Of a DNA stretch of 64,000 nt, positions 27,558 to 37,840 are shown piece by piece. Source of the DNA: an uncultured Bacilli bacterium (GTDB lineage: Bacteria > Bacillota_I > Bacilli_A > RF39 > UBA660); NCBI GenBank assembly GCA_934120015.1, contig CAKOTD010000001.1:836-64835 (forward strand), in the 5' to 3' direction. A program made the translations under genes and the position numbers. Numbering within the stretch: the first letter of the stretch is position 1; each line of letters opens with the position of its first letter. The notes under the pieces are model-generated. The model was not told the origin of the DNA. It saw only the letters and a list, made by a program, of their open reading frames with translations, and did no database searches.

Positions 27558-29054
27558 CTATTCTAAATTAGAAATAGCATCTTTTATTTTAATTGCACAA
27601 TTAATTATTTCATCACTATTCTTAGCAAAAGTAAATCTACCTACTAATTCATTTTTGTTAGGCCATGCAAAACTTTTACCTATTAAAAAGCGTAAATATA
27701 CAGTTTCATAAAAAAACATTAATAAATCTTCTTCTGTTTCTATTACTTTTCCATGGTATTTTTTACCTTTTAAACTAGTAAAATCAATAATCGTAAAGAA
27801 TCCTGCTTTCGGAATGATCTTAATACTTATATCATTAATGCCATTTACAATATCATAATCATAACAATATTTGGTTATCTCTGCTTCTACTTTTTCTTTA
27901 TATTTTATATCACATGTATTAATACCATCTATCAATGCCCTAAATAGATTAAAATTATATTCATACTTTTCTATTAACTTGGTAAAGTAATCATTATATT
28001 CTTTGTCATTTTTCTTAAATGCACCAACTAAAGCCTCACCTATTATAGCAGGTATAGCGTCCATCTCTCTAAAAATACGATTTATTACCTCCCTAATAAT
28101 AACTTCATCCGCAACGATAAAACCAGCTCTCAAACTAGCAAGACCATACGACTTTGATAAACCAAATAAGGATATAGTATTTCTAAATAAACCTGGTATG
28201 GTAGCAACAGGTAAAGATAAATTATTACTATTAAAACAAATATCACGATATATTAAATCATCTATAATAAATAATCCATATTTCTTACAAATATTACCTA
28301 TATTTAATAATAATTCATATTCATTTTTTCCCATAACATTGCCAAGTGGATTATTAGGATTACTATTGACAAGGGCTACAACCTTAGGTGTATAAGGCAA
28401 ATTCTTATACTTTTGTTGTAATTCATTATTTGTTTTTATAATAATATTTTCTAAATCTTTAGGATCTATAAAATAATTATTTTCTTTTTTTAGAGGAATT
28501 ATTTCTACATCAATATTTAATCTTTCTGGTTTAAAACTAAATAATCCATAATTTGGTGCTGTCATAAGGACAACATCATGCTTATGTGCAATTATATCTA
28601 AAACAATATTAAAAGCATGTGAAGTGGATACTGTTAAAGTTAAATTATTAAGGGATAAACCTTTTTCATCAATATCATTATAAGAATAAGCATCATTATT
28701 AATAAAGCCTATTCTCTCAACATATTCTAATAATATTTTTCTTACTCTGTCATCACCTTCAGAATAAGGATATTTATATAAATCATTCCCCAACAAATAC
28801 CCATTAATTTCCTCTAATATAGGTGGATATGTTTTATAATCCATTGGATTACCACTAGTCATATTAATATCTAAATCTTTATTATAATAATTATTTAATA
28901 TATCATCATAAATGGAAAAGGCATCTTTTACTTCCTGCACATAAGGAGAAAACGCCTTTTTATCCAATCTATTACCTATTTCAGGAAAACCAAATTTTCT
29001 TTCACTTAAATATGGAATTCTTTTTAATACTCTATCAATAGCACTATTTTGCAT
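27558..29054 (-). CDS. Class I/II PLP-dependent aminotransferase, long form (498 aa)
   Basis: PLP-lysine region LFGLSKSYGLASLRAGF and NPNNPLGNVM (the NP.NPTG-like motif). Confidence 0.8.
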   Translation of the reverse strand: MQNSAIDRVLKRIPYLSERKFGFPEIGNRLDKKAFSPYVQEVKDAFSIYDDILNNYYNKDLDINMTSGNPMDYKTYPPILEEINGYLLGNDLYKYPYSEGDDRVRKILLEYVERIGFINNDAYSYNDIDEKGLSLNNLTLTVSTSHAFNIVLDIIAHKHDVVLMTAPNYGLFSFKPERLNIDVEIIPLKKENNYFIDPKDLENIIIKTNNELQQKYKNLPYTPKVVALVNSNPNNPLGNVMGKNEYELLLNIGNICKKYGLFIIDDLIYRDICFNSNNLSLPVATIPGLFRNTISLFGLSKSYGLASLRAGFIVADEVIIREVINRIFREMDAIPAIIGEALVGAFKKNDKEYNDYFTKLIEKYEYNFNLFRALIDGINTCDIKYKEKVEAEITKYCYDYDIVNGINDISIKIIPKAGFFTIIDFTSLKGKKYHGKVIETEEDLLMFFYETVYLRFLIGKSFAWPNKNELVGRFTFAKNSDEIINCAIKIKDAISNLE

Positions 29055-29068
29055 ACCTACACCTATTT

Positions 29069-29863
29069 CTATTTTAAAAATTTTTCATTTATTTTCTTTA
29101 CAAAATTATAATCCTTATTTCTTAAACACTTTATTGTTTTTTGTTTAACAACCGTTTCTATTCTACTGACATTTGTATAAACATTATTTTCACCATCAAT
29201 AGTTATAATAACATTTCTAGTATTATCTGGAATAATAGTTATTTTTTTATTTTGCGGTAAAACTACAGAATTAATAAGGTTTCTATAACTACGATTATTT
29301 AACGGTGCAATGGGAGTTAGTTGAATAGAATGAAATGTATTATAAACTATACTTCCTCCAAAACTCAAATTATATGCGGTTGACCCAAACGATGTAGAAA
29401 CCAGTATTCCATCACCAACAAAATTTTCGAATAAAAAACCATCAATATATATACTAAGTTTAACAGTATTTAAATCTTTTTCCCTAATAACTATTTCATT
29501 TAAAGAATAAAATTTTGAATTAGATTCATTTGTATATATATCATTTTCCTGTACACCAAGTTCCTCAACTATAAAATTATTATTATTTAAATCATTAATA
29601 AAATCATCTATATTTTCTATAGAAATTTCTTGAGCAAAACCTAACGTACCAGCATTTATACCAATGTAGTATATATTGCTATTAAAGTTATTTTCTTTAA
29701 TCATTCGTAAAAAAGAACCATCTCCACCAATAGCAATACCTAAATCATGATCATTATCTACAATATTAATATTATTTGCTTTTAATTTATTAATTAATAA
29801 CTCTTTTATTTTTTGTGCCTTTTCACTATTATTAGAAAATAATTTTACTTTCTTAATATCCAT
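29069..29863 (-). CDS. nadK: NAD kinase
   Basis: GGDGSFLR motif together with STAYNLSFGGSIV. Confidence 0.92.
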   Translation of the reverse strand: MDIKKVKLFSNNSEKAQKIKELLINKLKANNINIVDNDHDLGIAIGGDGSFLRMIKENNFNSNIYYIGINAGTLGFAQEISIENIDDFINDLNNNNFIVEELGVQENDIYTNESNSKFYSLNEIVIREKDLNTVKLSIYIDGFLFENFVGDGILVSTSFGSTAYNLSFGGSIVYNTFHSIQLTPIAPLNNRSYRNLINSVVLPQNKKITIIPDNTRNVIITIDGENNVYTNVSRIETVVKQKTIKCLRNKDYNFVKKINEKFLK

Positions 29864-29866
29864 AAA

Positions 29867-30334
29867 CTATCCTATTATTTTCATAAAATTGTCTTTTATA
29901 TTATGAACAATATATTCTTTATTTTCGCGTCTTGTACCACTTGTACATCTAAGTGAAAAATCATAATAAATATTACTATCTTTATCATATATACAATAAA
30001 AGACCTGATTGTCATCACCACTTAAATTGTTTTTATCTACTCTATTTATCTTCCCAGTAATACCTATTCCATAATTACTAGATGCAAATAAAGAAATATT
30101 ATAGGCCATTTCTCTTGCAACTTCTTTACTATATACAGAATACTTATCAATTATTTCACTACTAACACCCATTTTAATTTTATACTCATTTGAATAAGTT
30201 ACAGCACTAAACTTTAAAACATCACTGGCGCCTTCAATATCTGTTATAGAACTTGCAACAAAGCCCCCTGTACAAGATTCCATTGTTGCTACGGTTTTAT
30301 TTAAATCTTTTAATCTATCTACTACTTTTTTCAT
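29867..30334 (-). CDS. pncC: Nicotinamide-nucleotide amidohydrolase (CinA C-terminal domain, PncC)
   Basis: TMESCTGGFVAS motif. 155 aa stand-alone CinA_C domain. Confidence 0.85.
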   Translation of the reverse strand: MKKVVDRLKDLNKTVATMESCTGGFVASSITDIEGASDVLKFSAVTYSNEYKIKMGVSSEIIDKYSVYSKEVAREMAYNISLFASSNYGIGITGKINRVDKNNLSGDDNQVFYCIYDKDSNIYYDFSLRCTSGTRRENKEYIVHNIKDNFMKIIG

Positions 30335-30372
30335 TATATTCCTCTTTTCATATATTATTATACTAACACATT

Positions 30373-30954
30373 TTAATATATAATAGAATTATTTTTTATA
30401 TATTTAAGAACATTTGCATCCATATTTTGTAATAAATATACATCATTATTTTTATGTAAATTTTCTCTAATTAATGTAGATGATACACTATTTTGTATAT
30501 CAGTAATACATATTATATTTTTATAATAAATAAGCAAATTATTTATCATTTTGTCTATATCATCATTATTTCTTCTAATAACAATTATTTTATAATTTCT
30601 TAAAATATAATCATACTTTCTCCACAAAATTATTTGTTTTAAATTATCTGATCCACATATAAAATATATATCATCATCTTTATAAATATTTTTAAAATAA
30701 TCAAGTGTTTCATATGTATAAGTTAGTTTATTAAATTCATAATCAGATACCTCTAAATTATCACAACCTTCAATCATTAACTTTACCATATTGTATCTAT
30801 CTTTTTGATTTAATAATCCATCTTTATTATATTTATCTCCAGTTGGCACAAATATAACTTTATCAAGATACCCCTTATTAATAAGCTTTAGAGCAATATT
30901 CTTATGCATATTATGTGGTGGATTAAAACTACCCCCAAATATTCCTATTTTCAT
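30373..30954 (-). CDS. nadD: Nicotinate-nucleotide adenylyltransferase
   Basis: GIFGGSFNPPHNMH (the (H/T)xGH-type motif) and the ISSTLIR-like VSSTLIRE. Confidence 0.92.
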   Translation of the reverse strand: MKIGIFGGSFNPPHNMHKNIALKLINKGYLDKVIFVPTGDKYNKDGLLNQKDRYNMVKLMIEGCDNLEVSDYEFNKLTYTYETLDYFKNIYKDDDIYFICGSDNLKQIILWRKYDYILRNYKIIVIRRNNDDIDKMINNLLIYYKNIICITDIQNSVSSTLIRENLHKNNDVYLLQNMDANVLKYIKNNSIIY

Positions 30955-32021
30955 AAATGATTTTTTACCTTATCTAATATATCCTGTTTATCATCATATA
31001 TAGGTTTTAATGATTCCTTTTTATTTAAAGTATTTATGATACGTGCAAGTCTTTTAGAACAATCTATTTCTTGATACCATGGCTCTTTTTTAATAATATC
31101 AGGTACATAAGATAAATTAGTTGAATAAAGTTTATCAAATAATTTATTTTTATATGCTTCTATAAATATTTCAGCACCTTCTGTAAGAAGAGAAAATGTA
31201 GCAACTAAATATATTTTATTGGCACCCTTTTCCCTTAGTTTTTTAGCAACATCAAGCATAGACTCACCACTTGCAATCATATCATCTACAACAATAATAT
31301 TTTTGTTAGATACATCTTCACCTAAATAGGCATGTTCAATAATAGGATTTTTACCATTTATGATTTTTGTTAAATCTCTTCGTTTATAAAATACACCAAC
31401 ATTACACATTAACATTTCAGCATAATATCTAGCACGTTCCATTGCACCCATATCAGGGCTTATAACAAGTAAATTATTAACATCTTCATTTTCTAATAAA
31501 CCATCTAAAATATCATGGGCAACAAAAACATTTTCAAATGGAAGATTGGGTATTGAATTAGCAACATTTGGATCATGAGCATCAAAAGTAATAATATGAT
31601 TAACACCAAGTCTTTCTAGTTCTTGAAGTGCAATAGCACAATCTAAAGATTCTTTACCCTTTCTTTTATGTTGTCTTGATTCATACAAAAGTGGCATAAT
31701 AAGAGTAATTTTATGCGCATATCCACTAATAGCCGATATAACTCTCTTTATATCTTGAAAATGTTCATCTGGTGACATATGTTCTATAATACCATGCATC
31801 TTATAAGTAATATCATAATTACCAACATCACTTAAAATATAAATATCCTTATCTCTAACAGTATCATTAATTTTAATCTTTCCCTCTCCATTGCTAAATC
31901 TACTTCTTGTGATAGGAATGATATAATCATTATCATTTTTATTTATTTGTTTTAAGTAGTCATTTGTTCTTTTTCCTAAGTCCCAAATATTATCTAAAAC
32001 AATTAATTTTAAATCTTCCAT
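30951..32021 (-). CDS. prs: Ribose-phosphate pyrophosphokinase (PRPP synthetase), long variant
   Basis: PLLYESRQHKR, FDAHDPNV, and the PRPP-binding loop IIVVDDMIASGESM. 356 aa, with insertions relative to classical Prs. Confidence 0.85.
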   Translation of the reverse strand: MEDLKLIVLDNIWDLGKRTNDYLKQINKNDNDYIIPITRSRFSNGEGKIKINDTVRDKDIYILSDVGNYDITYKMHGIIEHMSPDEHFQDIKRVISAISGYAHKITLIMPLLYESRQHKRKGKESLDCAIALQELERLGVNHIITFDAHDPNVANSIPNLPFENVFVAHDILDGLLENEDVNNLLVISPDMGAMERARYYAEMLMCNVGVFYKRRDLTKIINGKNPIIEHAYLGEDVSNKNIIVVDDMIASGESMLDVAKKLREKGANKIYLVATFSLLTEGAEIFIEAYKNKLFDKLYSTNLSYVPDIIKKEPWYQEIDCSKRLARIINTLNKKESLKPIYDDKQDILDKVKNHL

Positions 32022-32029
32022 AAATCCTC

Positions 32030-32785
32030 CTATTTTCTATATGTAGGTATACTAAACTTATGTTCATTTGCTTTATGTAATTTTTTTATTTTATTGCATA
32101 CTTCCTCGTCAACATTATCAGGATTTTCTATATATGCAGCAATCTCACTATATTTAACTCCTAATTTATCCTCATCACTCATATTAGATAAACCATCACT
32201 TGGTTTTTTATAAAGAACATCACTTGGTACCTTTAAATATTCTCCTATCTTAATAACTTCATCTACAGTCAAATCATTTAAAATACCAATATCATGTACA
32301 GAATCTCCACCTTTAGTAAAGTATCCAACATATAATTCACATTTATTACTTGTTCCTGCAACTAAATATGTTTTCCCTGTTTTAGCACTTAATAAGGCAG
32401 CCATATAGTATAATGAAGCCATCCTAAGTCTTGGTTTTAAGTTGATATCACTATTCTTTCTTTCATCTAAACTAAAGTTATCAATTTTTTCTGTTTCCAT
32501 GATAAATGCATCAAAAACATGTGTTAAATCTAAATTATATAATTTAAAACCATAATAATCACTAATCTTTTTAGCATCCTCTCTATCAAGACTATTAGAA
32601 TGACATGGTAGTGTTAAACCTACAACATTTTCTTTTCCAAGAGCCTTAGTAAATAACGCTGACACTACAGCACTATCTTTACCACCACTTATTCCGATAA
32701 CTGCTCCATCTAAATTATTTTTTTGATAATAATCCCTTATAAAATTAATAATTTTATTTGTTTGTTCTTCTACATTAAAATTCAT
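32030..32785 (-). CDS. nadE: Ammonia-dependent NAD+ synthetase
   Basis: PP-loop motif GISGGKDSAV and a 251-aa single-domain form. Confidence 0.9.
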   Translation of the reverse strand: MNFNVEEQTNKIINFIRDYYQKNNLDGAVIGISGGKDSAVVSALFTKALGKENVVGLTLPCHSNSLDREDAKKISDYYGFKLYNLDLTHVFDAFIMETEKIDNFSLDERKNSDINLKPRLRMASLYYMAALLSAKTGKTYLVAGTSNKCELYVGYFTKGGDSVHDIGILNDLTVDEVIKIGEYLKVPSDVLYKKPSDGLSNMSDEDKLGVKYSEIAAYIENPDNVDEEVCNKIKKLHKANEHKFSIPTYRK

Positions 32786-32792
32786 AATATCC

Positions 32793-33389
32793 CTACTTTC
32801 TTATATATTGTTTAGCTCTTTCAAAGGCTAAAACTGAATTTGTATCACAAACGTATCCTGAATTAATTAAATATTTTGCTTCATCATAATTACATATAAA
32901 ATATTTTATAAACTCACCATCATCTAAATTTTGACCCGCTTGTTTAACACAATCTAAACCTAAAATATATTCATTTAAGGCACTACTACAACCTTGATCT
33001 TGGTAAAAGGCCCCCAAATGGACATAATCCTTAAAAGTAAATCCCGTTTCTTCTAATAGTTCTCTTCTAGCAGCATCTATTCCTGTTTCACCTTTCTCAA
33101 TATATCCTGCAGGTAAATTAACGCAAACTTGGACTTTAGTAAATACTCTAGGCTCAACAGAAAAAATTATTTCACCTGTATCTTTGATAATTGGCATAAT
33201 AATTGATGCACTTCCATCACTTCTACCTTTTAATATTTTTTCTCTAGTTATGTTTTTCCCATTATTAAGTAAACACTTATACCTTTCAATATTTAAAAAT
33301 TTCCCATTATTATCTATATAATCCATTTTAATCGTTTTAAGTTCATTAATATAACTTTCTAATAATTCTATTTTTTCTTTTCTAATCAT
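32793..33389 (-). CDS. Nudix hydrolase, probably ADP-ribose pyrophosphatase
   Basis: Intact Nudix box GYIEKGETGIDAARRELLEETGF. The start was moved to MIRKEKIELL at 33389, which removes the 77-nt overlap with pncB. Confidence 0.75.
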   Translation of the reverse strand: MIRKEKIELLESYINELKTIKMDYIDNNGKFLNIERYKCLLNNGKNITREKILKGRSDGSASIIMPIIKDTGEIIFSVEPRVFTKVQVCVNLPAGYIEKGETGIDAARRELLEETGFTFKDYVHLGAFYQDQGCSSALNEYILGLDCVKQAGQNLDDGEFIKYFICNYDEAKYLINSGYVCDTNSVLAFERAKQYIRK

Positions 33390-33396
33390 ATAACAC

Positions 33397-34875
33397 CTAT
33401 ATTTTTTTAATTTTAACTCTTTCTTTTTCAATAACATTATCTTTATAAGCAAGATATTCCTCTGTAGTAGCAACTTGATATTTATGTGGCATTAAAGTTC
33501 TTTTTACTTCTTCATACAAAGTTTTCATTTGATTATGACAATATCTTGCAACCTCATCAATATCTAAATTATTTTCTTCATAAACTAAATTACCATTTTT
33601 AAAAATTGTTTTTTGAAGAGGTACTAAAGTAAAATCATTAATGACTCTTTTATTATTAGGATTTGATGGATCTATAATAAGTAATTCTTTTTGATCTAAT
33701 AATTTAGGGTTTAATTCAATAATATCAGCAATAGCATAACCTGTTTTATTATCGTAAGCACGATAAACCTTTTTAAAACCAGGATTAGTTATTTTCATAG
33801 TATCATTTGATAATTTAATTTTAGGCGTTAATTCACCATTTGTATTAAGTGCAACTTCCTTATATACACAACCCATTCTACCTTCTGGTTTAGATATATT
33901 ATCACCAACACCAAGCATATCAAACTTAGCACCTTGTATAATTAGATTTTCAATTGTTTCTGCTGTAAGACCATTACTTAAACATATTTTTGCTTGAGGG
34001 AAGCCTGCAGCATCAAGCATTTTTCTAGCCTCTTTAGAAAGATACGCTAAATCACCTGAGTCAATTCTTATACCAATATGATCAAGAGGCATGTTATTTT
34101 CTTTCATATATTTAAATACTCTAATAGCGTTTATAACTCCACTTTTTAAAGTATCATATGTATCAACAAGTAAAATACAATTATTTGGATAGTTTAATGC
34201 GTATGATAAAAAGGCATCATATTCACAATTAAAAGATTCAATATAACTATGTGCCATTGTTCCCATAGCCTTCTTATTTAACATATCAGCTGCTACCATA
34301 TTACTAGTACCTGTGCAACCAGCCATTATTCCATATATAGATGAATCTATGGCTGCTTCTGGGCCATCAGCTCTTCTAGCACCAAATTCCATAACACTAA
34401 CATTTTTAGGTGTTGCTTCTATTATTTTTCTAGCACCTGTTGCGTGCTCCATTGCCCCATTTATCATGGATAAGATTGCTGTTTCTACTATTTGTACTTC
34501 AATTAATGGAGCCTTTATAGTAATAAGTGGCTCATTAGGAAACACTGGTGTTCCATCCGGAATTGCATATATATCACCAGTAAATTTAAAATTTCGTAAA
34601 TAATTAACAAAATCTAAAGAGTAACCATTTCTCTTAAAATATTCTAATTCTTTTTCACCAAACTTTAAATTTTGTATATAAGAAATAACCTTATCAAGAC
34701 CCGCCATAATAGCATATCCACCATTATTAGGAATTTTTCTAAAAAATAAATCAAATGCTGCTTCTTCTTTTTCTTTATTATTTTGGAAATAACTATTTGC
34801 CATTGTAAATTCATATTCATCTGACATTAATGTATAATTTCTTGATAATCTTTCATAACCATTATATATTTTCAT
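33397..34875 (-). CDS. pncB: Nicotinate phosphoribosyltransferase
   Basis: 492 aa. YEFTMANSYF, GTMAHSYIESF and IRIDSGDL are the PncB signatures. Confidence 0.92.
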   Translation of the reverse strand: MKIYNGYERLSRNYTLMSDEYEFTMANSYFQNNKEKEEAAFDLFFRKIPNNGGYAIMAGLDKVISYIQNLKFGEKELEYFKRNGYSLDFVNYLRNFKFTGDIYAIPDGTPVFPNEPLITIKAPLIEVQIVETAILSMINGAMEHATGARKIIEATPKNVSVMEFGARRADGPEAAIDSSIYGIMAGCTGTSNMVAADMLNKKAMGTMAHSYIESFNCEYDAFLSYALNYPNNCILLVDTYDTLKSGVINAIRVFKYMKENNMPLDHIGIRIDSGDLAYLSKEARKMLDAAGFPQAKICLSNGLTAETIENLIIQGAKFDMLGVGDNISKPEGRMGCVYKEVALNTNGELTPKIKLSNDTMKITNPGFKKVYRAYDNKTGYAIADIIELNPKLLDQKELLIIDPSNPNNKRVINDFTLVPLQKTIFKNGNLVYEENNLDIDEVARYCHNQMKTLYEEVKRTLMPHKYQVATTEEYLAYKDNVIEKERVKIKKI

Positions 34876-34883
34876 ATTTTCAC

Positions 34884-35531
34884 CTATTTAAGAGTTAATT
34901 TTAACTCTTTTTCCTTTCTTTCTAAATCTTCTATATCAGGAACAATTATAATACCGGCTTGTTCCATTACCTTCCTAGCAATTTCTAACCATTCTACTCG
35001 GTTATGATTAGGTGCATCAAATGTATCAATTGCATTCTCAACAACAAATATTTTTGCTTCCTTATTTATTTCATCTAAATATCTAGAGTATGTTCTTGCA
35101 AAATCCATAACACATAAATCAGCACATACACCTTCAATAACAATTTCTTTTAAATTTTTAAGTTTCTTTATATCATCTTGAAGTTTATGATTAAGCATTC
35201 CATTAATGGAATTTTTATAATAAACCTCTGTTCTATCCTTATTTTGCTCACCTATAAATTCTGGTATTAAAGATGCTTCATCTGTTCCCATAATACAATG
35301 GTTAGGATATAAATTAAACTCGGTAGCGTCTTCTTTATGGCCCTCTAAAATAAAATTAACTAATTGATTTTCTCTTCTAAATTTATCAATCATCTTTAAT
35401 TGATATGGTACTATTTTATTATATTCTTGGTTAGCCATTGGTCCAAAATTAACAAAACCATTATTCATATCAATAATATAAAGGGCCTTTTTAATATCCT
35501 CATATTTTTCTTTAAATAAATCACTTTTCAT
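34884..35531 (-). CDS. pncA: Nicotinamidase / isochorismatase-family hydrolase
   Basis: Isochorismatase fold with IIDMNNGF, HCIMGTDE and the catalytic Cys context VIEGVCADLCV. It is the first gene of the NAD operon. Confidence 0.8.
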   Translation of the reverse strand: MKSDLFKEKYEDIKKALYIIDMNNGFVNFGPMANQEYNKIVPYQLKMIDKFRRENQLVNFILEGHKEDATEFNLYPNHCIMGTDEASLIPEFIGEQNKDRTEVYYKNSINGMLNHKLQDDIKKLKNLKEIVIEGVCADLCVMDFARTYSRYLDEINKEAKIFVVENAIDTFDAPNHNRVEWLEIARKVMEQAGIIIVPDIEDLERKEKELKLTLK

Positions 35532-35583
35532 ATTATCTCCTCTTTCTTATTAACAATTTATTAAAAACAAAAATTAATTTTTA

Positions 35584-35623
35584 AACAGATTTGTTCATCT
35601 GTTATTAACATTATATTAATAAC
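35584..35623 (-). promoter_or_regulatory. Two abutting inverted repeats (candidate NrtR operators) over the -10 and the transcription start
   Basis: GTTATTAA-N7-TTAATAAC straddles the TATAAT. AACAGAT-N6-ATCTGTT lies immediately downstream. Confidence 0.5.
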
Positions 35624-35638
35624 AATCATTTTTGTCAA
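35610..35638 (-). promoter_or_regulatory. Consensus sigma-A promoter of the NAD operon
   Basis: The minus strand reads TTGACA, the 17-nt spacer aaaatgattgttattaa, then TATAAT. Both hexamers match the consensus perfectly, about 75 nt upstream of the pncA ATG. Confidence 0.75.
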
Positions 35639-35687
35639 CACTTTTTTATAAATTTTTAAAATTTTAATATAATTAAGTGGTGACCAT

Positions 35688-36380
35688 ATGAAAAAGATTA
35701 TAATTTTTTTATGTATAATAAACATATTTTTATGCACACTTTATATCAAAAAAACTAACACTATATATAGCGTTAGTAAAACAGAACGAAATAATGAAAG
35801 CTCTATAAATAAAATTGATGAAATTCATAAAAGTAAAATAAAGATATATTTTCCTATTACTAATTATCAACTCTTAGATTCCAAAATAAACGACATAATT
35901 AAATATTACCTAAACGAATTTAATACTTCTATTTCTGAAAATAAGTTCCAAAGAGATACATTTTACACTTTGTATATCTTATATGATGAATATAACTATA
36001 AACAATATGCTTCATATATTTTATATATTGAGATGTTTACTGGTGGGGCTCATCCAAATCATTTTATTAAAACCATCATATATGATAAAAATGATGATAG
36101 ATTAATTAACATTGATGATTTGATTAATTATAATCAAAATATTTTAAATATTTTATCAGAAGAATCAAGAACTATTTTAAAAAGTAATCCAAAATTTACT
36201 AATGCATATTCACATGATATGTTATATGAAGGAACTGAACCAACAATAGAAAATTTTAGCAATTTTGTTTTTACTGATGATGGTATAAAAATATTTTTTG
36301 ATTATTATCAGATAGCTCCTTATTATTATGGTGTTACAGAAATTTTAATACCTTGGGATAAAATTTATAAAAAAAATTAA
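35688..36380 (+). CDS. DUF3298/DUF4163-type protein (RsiV/PdaC C-terminal-like), membrane anchored
   Basis: N-terminal TM helix. GGAHPNHFIKTIIYD and FFDYYQIAPYYYGVTEILIPW are typical of that family. Confidence 0.65.
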   Translation: MKKIIIFLCIINIFLCTLYIKKTNTIYSVSKTERNNESSINKIDEIHKSKIKIYFPITNYQLLDSKINDIIKYYLNEFNTSISENKFQRDTFYTLYILYDEYNYKQYASYILYIEMFTGGAHPNHFIKTIIYDKNDDRLINIDDLINYNQNILNILSEESRTILKSNPKFTNAYSHDMLYEGTEPTIENFSNFVFTDDGIKIFFDYYQIAPYYYGVTEILIPWDKIYKKN

Positions 36381-37159
36381 CTTATTTTATTAGTTAATTT
36401 TTTTAGTACCTTATTCTTAACATCAATTAGTTTTTGATTATTTATTTTATCCTGTTTTATAGAATATAAACAATCTCTCATCCATATAGGACAATCATCA
36501 ATTTTTACACACAGTTTTCTTAGTAAAGATTTCTCATTTTTTTCTAAATATTTAATAACATTATTACTTCTTCCAAAATATTTTTTTTGATGTTGTTTAT
36601 TTGTATAAAATATCATATTCACATTACTATGTCCATACAATAATCCATAATATAATTTAACAGAATCTAAGCCAATGTCAGCATATAACATAGTATTATC
36701 CACATTTATTCTTTTTGCATTTATATTTTCTATTTCATTAAAATATTTATAATAATTATATATATTATTTATTTGTTCTTTATAATTATCTATATCACCA
36801 TATAAATCAAGACCAGTACTATCCATAAGAATTATACTATCTATTTTCGTAAAATATATAGTTGCATTATTTTTATAATTATCTTGAAAATTTAAATATA
36901 TGGTATTGTCTTTATACTCACTATTCACAAAATATAAGTCTAAAGAATTTCCATAACACTTATTGAGAATATTAACTATTTTATTATCTAATAATTTTTT
37001 TTGCTTTCTTAATTTTTCACATAATATTAATATGTCATAAATAGAAATATAATTTAAATTATTATTTTCTTCTGATGACAAAATATAATTCATATCTTTA
37101 ATAAACATTTCATCAGTTAAAATCACTATATATCTTCCTTTCGTTGTTACTCTACACAT
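36377..37159 (-). CDS. Hypothetical protein (up to 260 aa; true start uncertain)
   Basis: Long ORF with Asn/Tyr/Ile-rich composition and no recognisable motif. Confidence 0.5.
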   Translation of the reverse strand: MCRVTTKGRYIVILTDEMFIKDMNYILSSEENNNLNYISIYDILILCEKLRKQKKLLDNKIVNILNKCYGNSLDLYFVNSEYKDNTIYLNFQDNYKNNATIYFTKIDSIILMDSTGLDLYGDIDNYKEQINNIYNYYKYFNEIENINAKRINVDNTMLYADIGLDSVKLYYGLLYGHSNVNMIFYTNKQHQKKYFGRSNNVIKYLEKNEKSLLRKLCVKIDDCPIWMRDCLYSIKQDKINNQKLIDVKNKVLKKLTNKIS

Positions 37160-37292
37160 AAATAAGTATTCATATTTTCAAATTTTAGAACATGAAAAAA
37201 TTTAAGCACATAGTATTTTATCATATCTAAAGAAGCATTACAATATAATTTTTCAAATAAATAAAAGAATTAAAATGCTTAATCTTAATTCT

Positions 37293-37790
37293 TTATTTTC
37301 TATTAATTTTCAATATTATTTCTTTTTCAATACCTAATTGTCTATAAGAAACTCCGCATTCATCAAATAATCGTTTGGATGCTACTACACTATCTGTATC
37401 TGCATACTTATCAGATAAGTATACTATTTCCTTTATCCCAACCTGAATAATTTCTTTAGCACATTCATTGCATGGAAATAAATCAACATATATTCTTGCT
37501 CCCAAAAAGTCTCTTCTATTACCTCTATAATTTAGGATTGCATTTCTTTCTGCATGAACAACATATAAATATTTAGTATCAAGTGGCTTTCCTTCTCTTT
37601 CCCATGGAAAATTACTGTCATCAAATCCATTTGGAGCTCCGTTATAGCCTACGGATAAAATTCTATTACTATCATCTACAATACAAGCCCCTACCTGAGT
37701 GTTAGGATCCTTGCTTCTTAATGCAGATAACTTAGCTATGCACATAAAATATTCATCCCAAGTTAAATAATCTTTTCTTGCACTGCTCAT
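37293..37790 (-). CDS. dCMP deaminase
   Basis: Zinc-binding motifs VHAERNAI and LFPCNECAK. 165 aa. Confidence 0.9.
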   Translation of the reverse strand: MSSARKDYLTWDEYFMCIAKLSALRSKDPNTQVGACIVDDSNRILSVGYNGAPNGFDDSNFPWEREGKPLDTKYLYVVHAERNAILNYRGNRRDFLGARIYVDLFPCNECAKEIIQVGIKEIVYLSDKYADTDSVVASKRLFDECGVSYRQLGIEKEIILKINRK

Positions 37791-37840
37791 ACTATCCCTC
37801 CATAAATAATTTACAACAAATTTAAAAAAAATACAACTAA

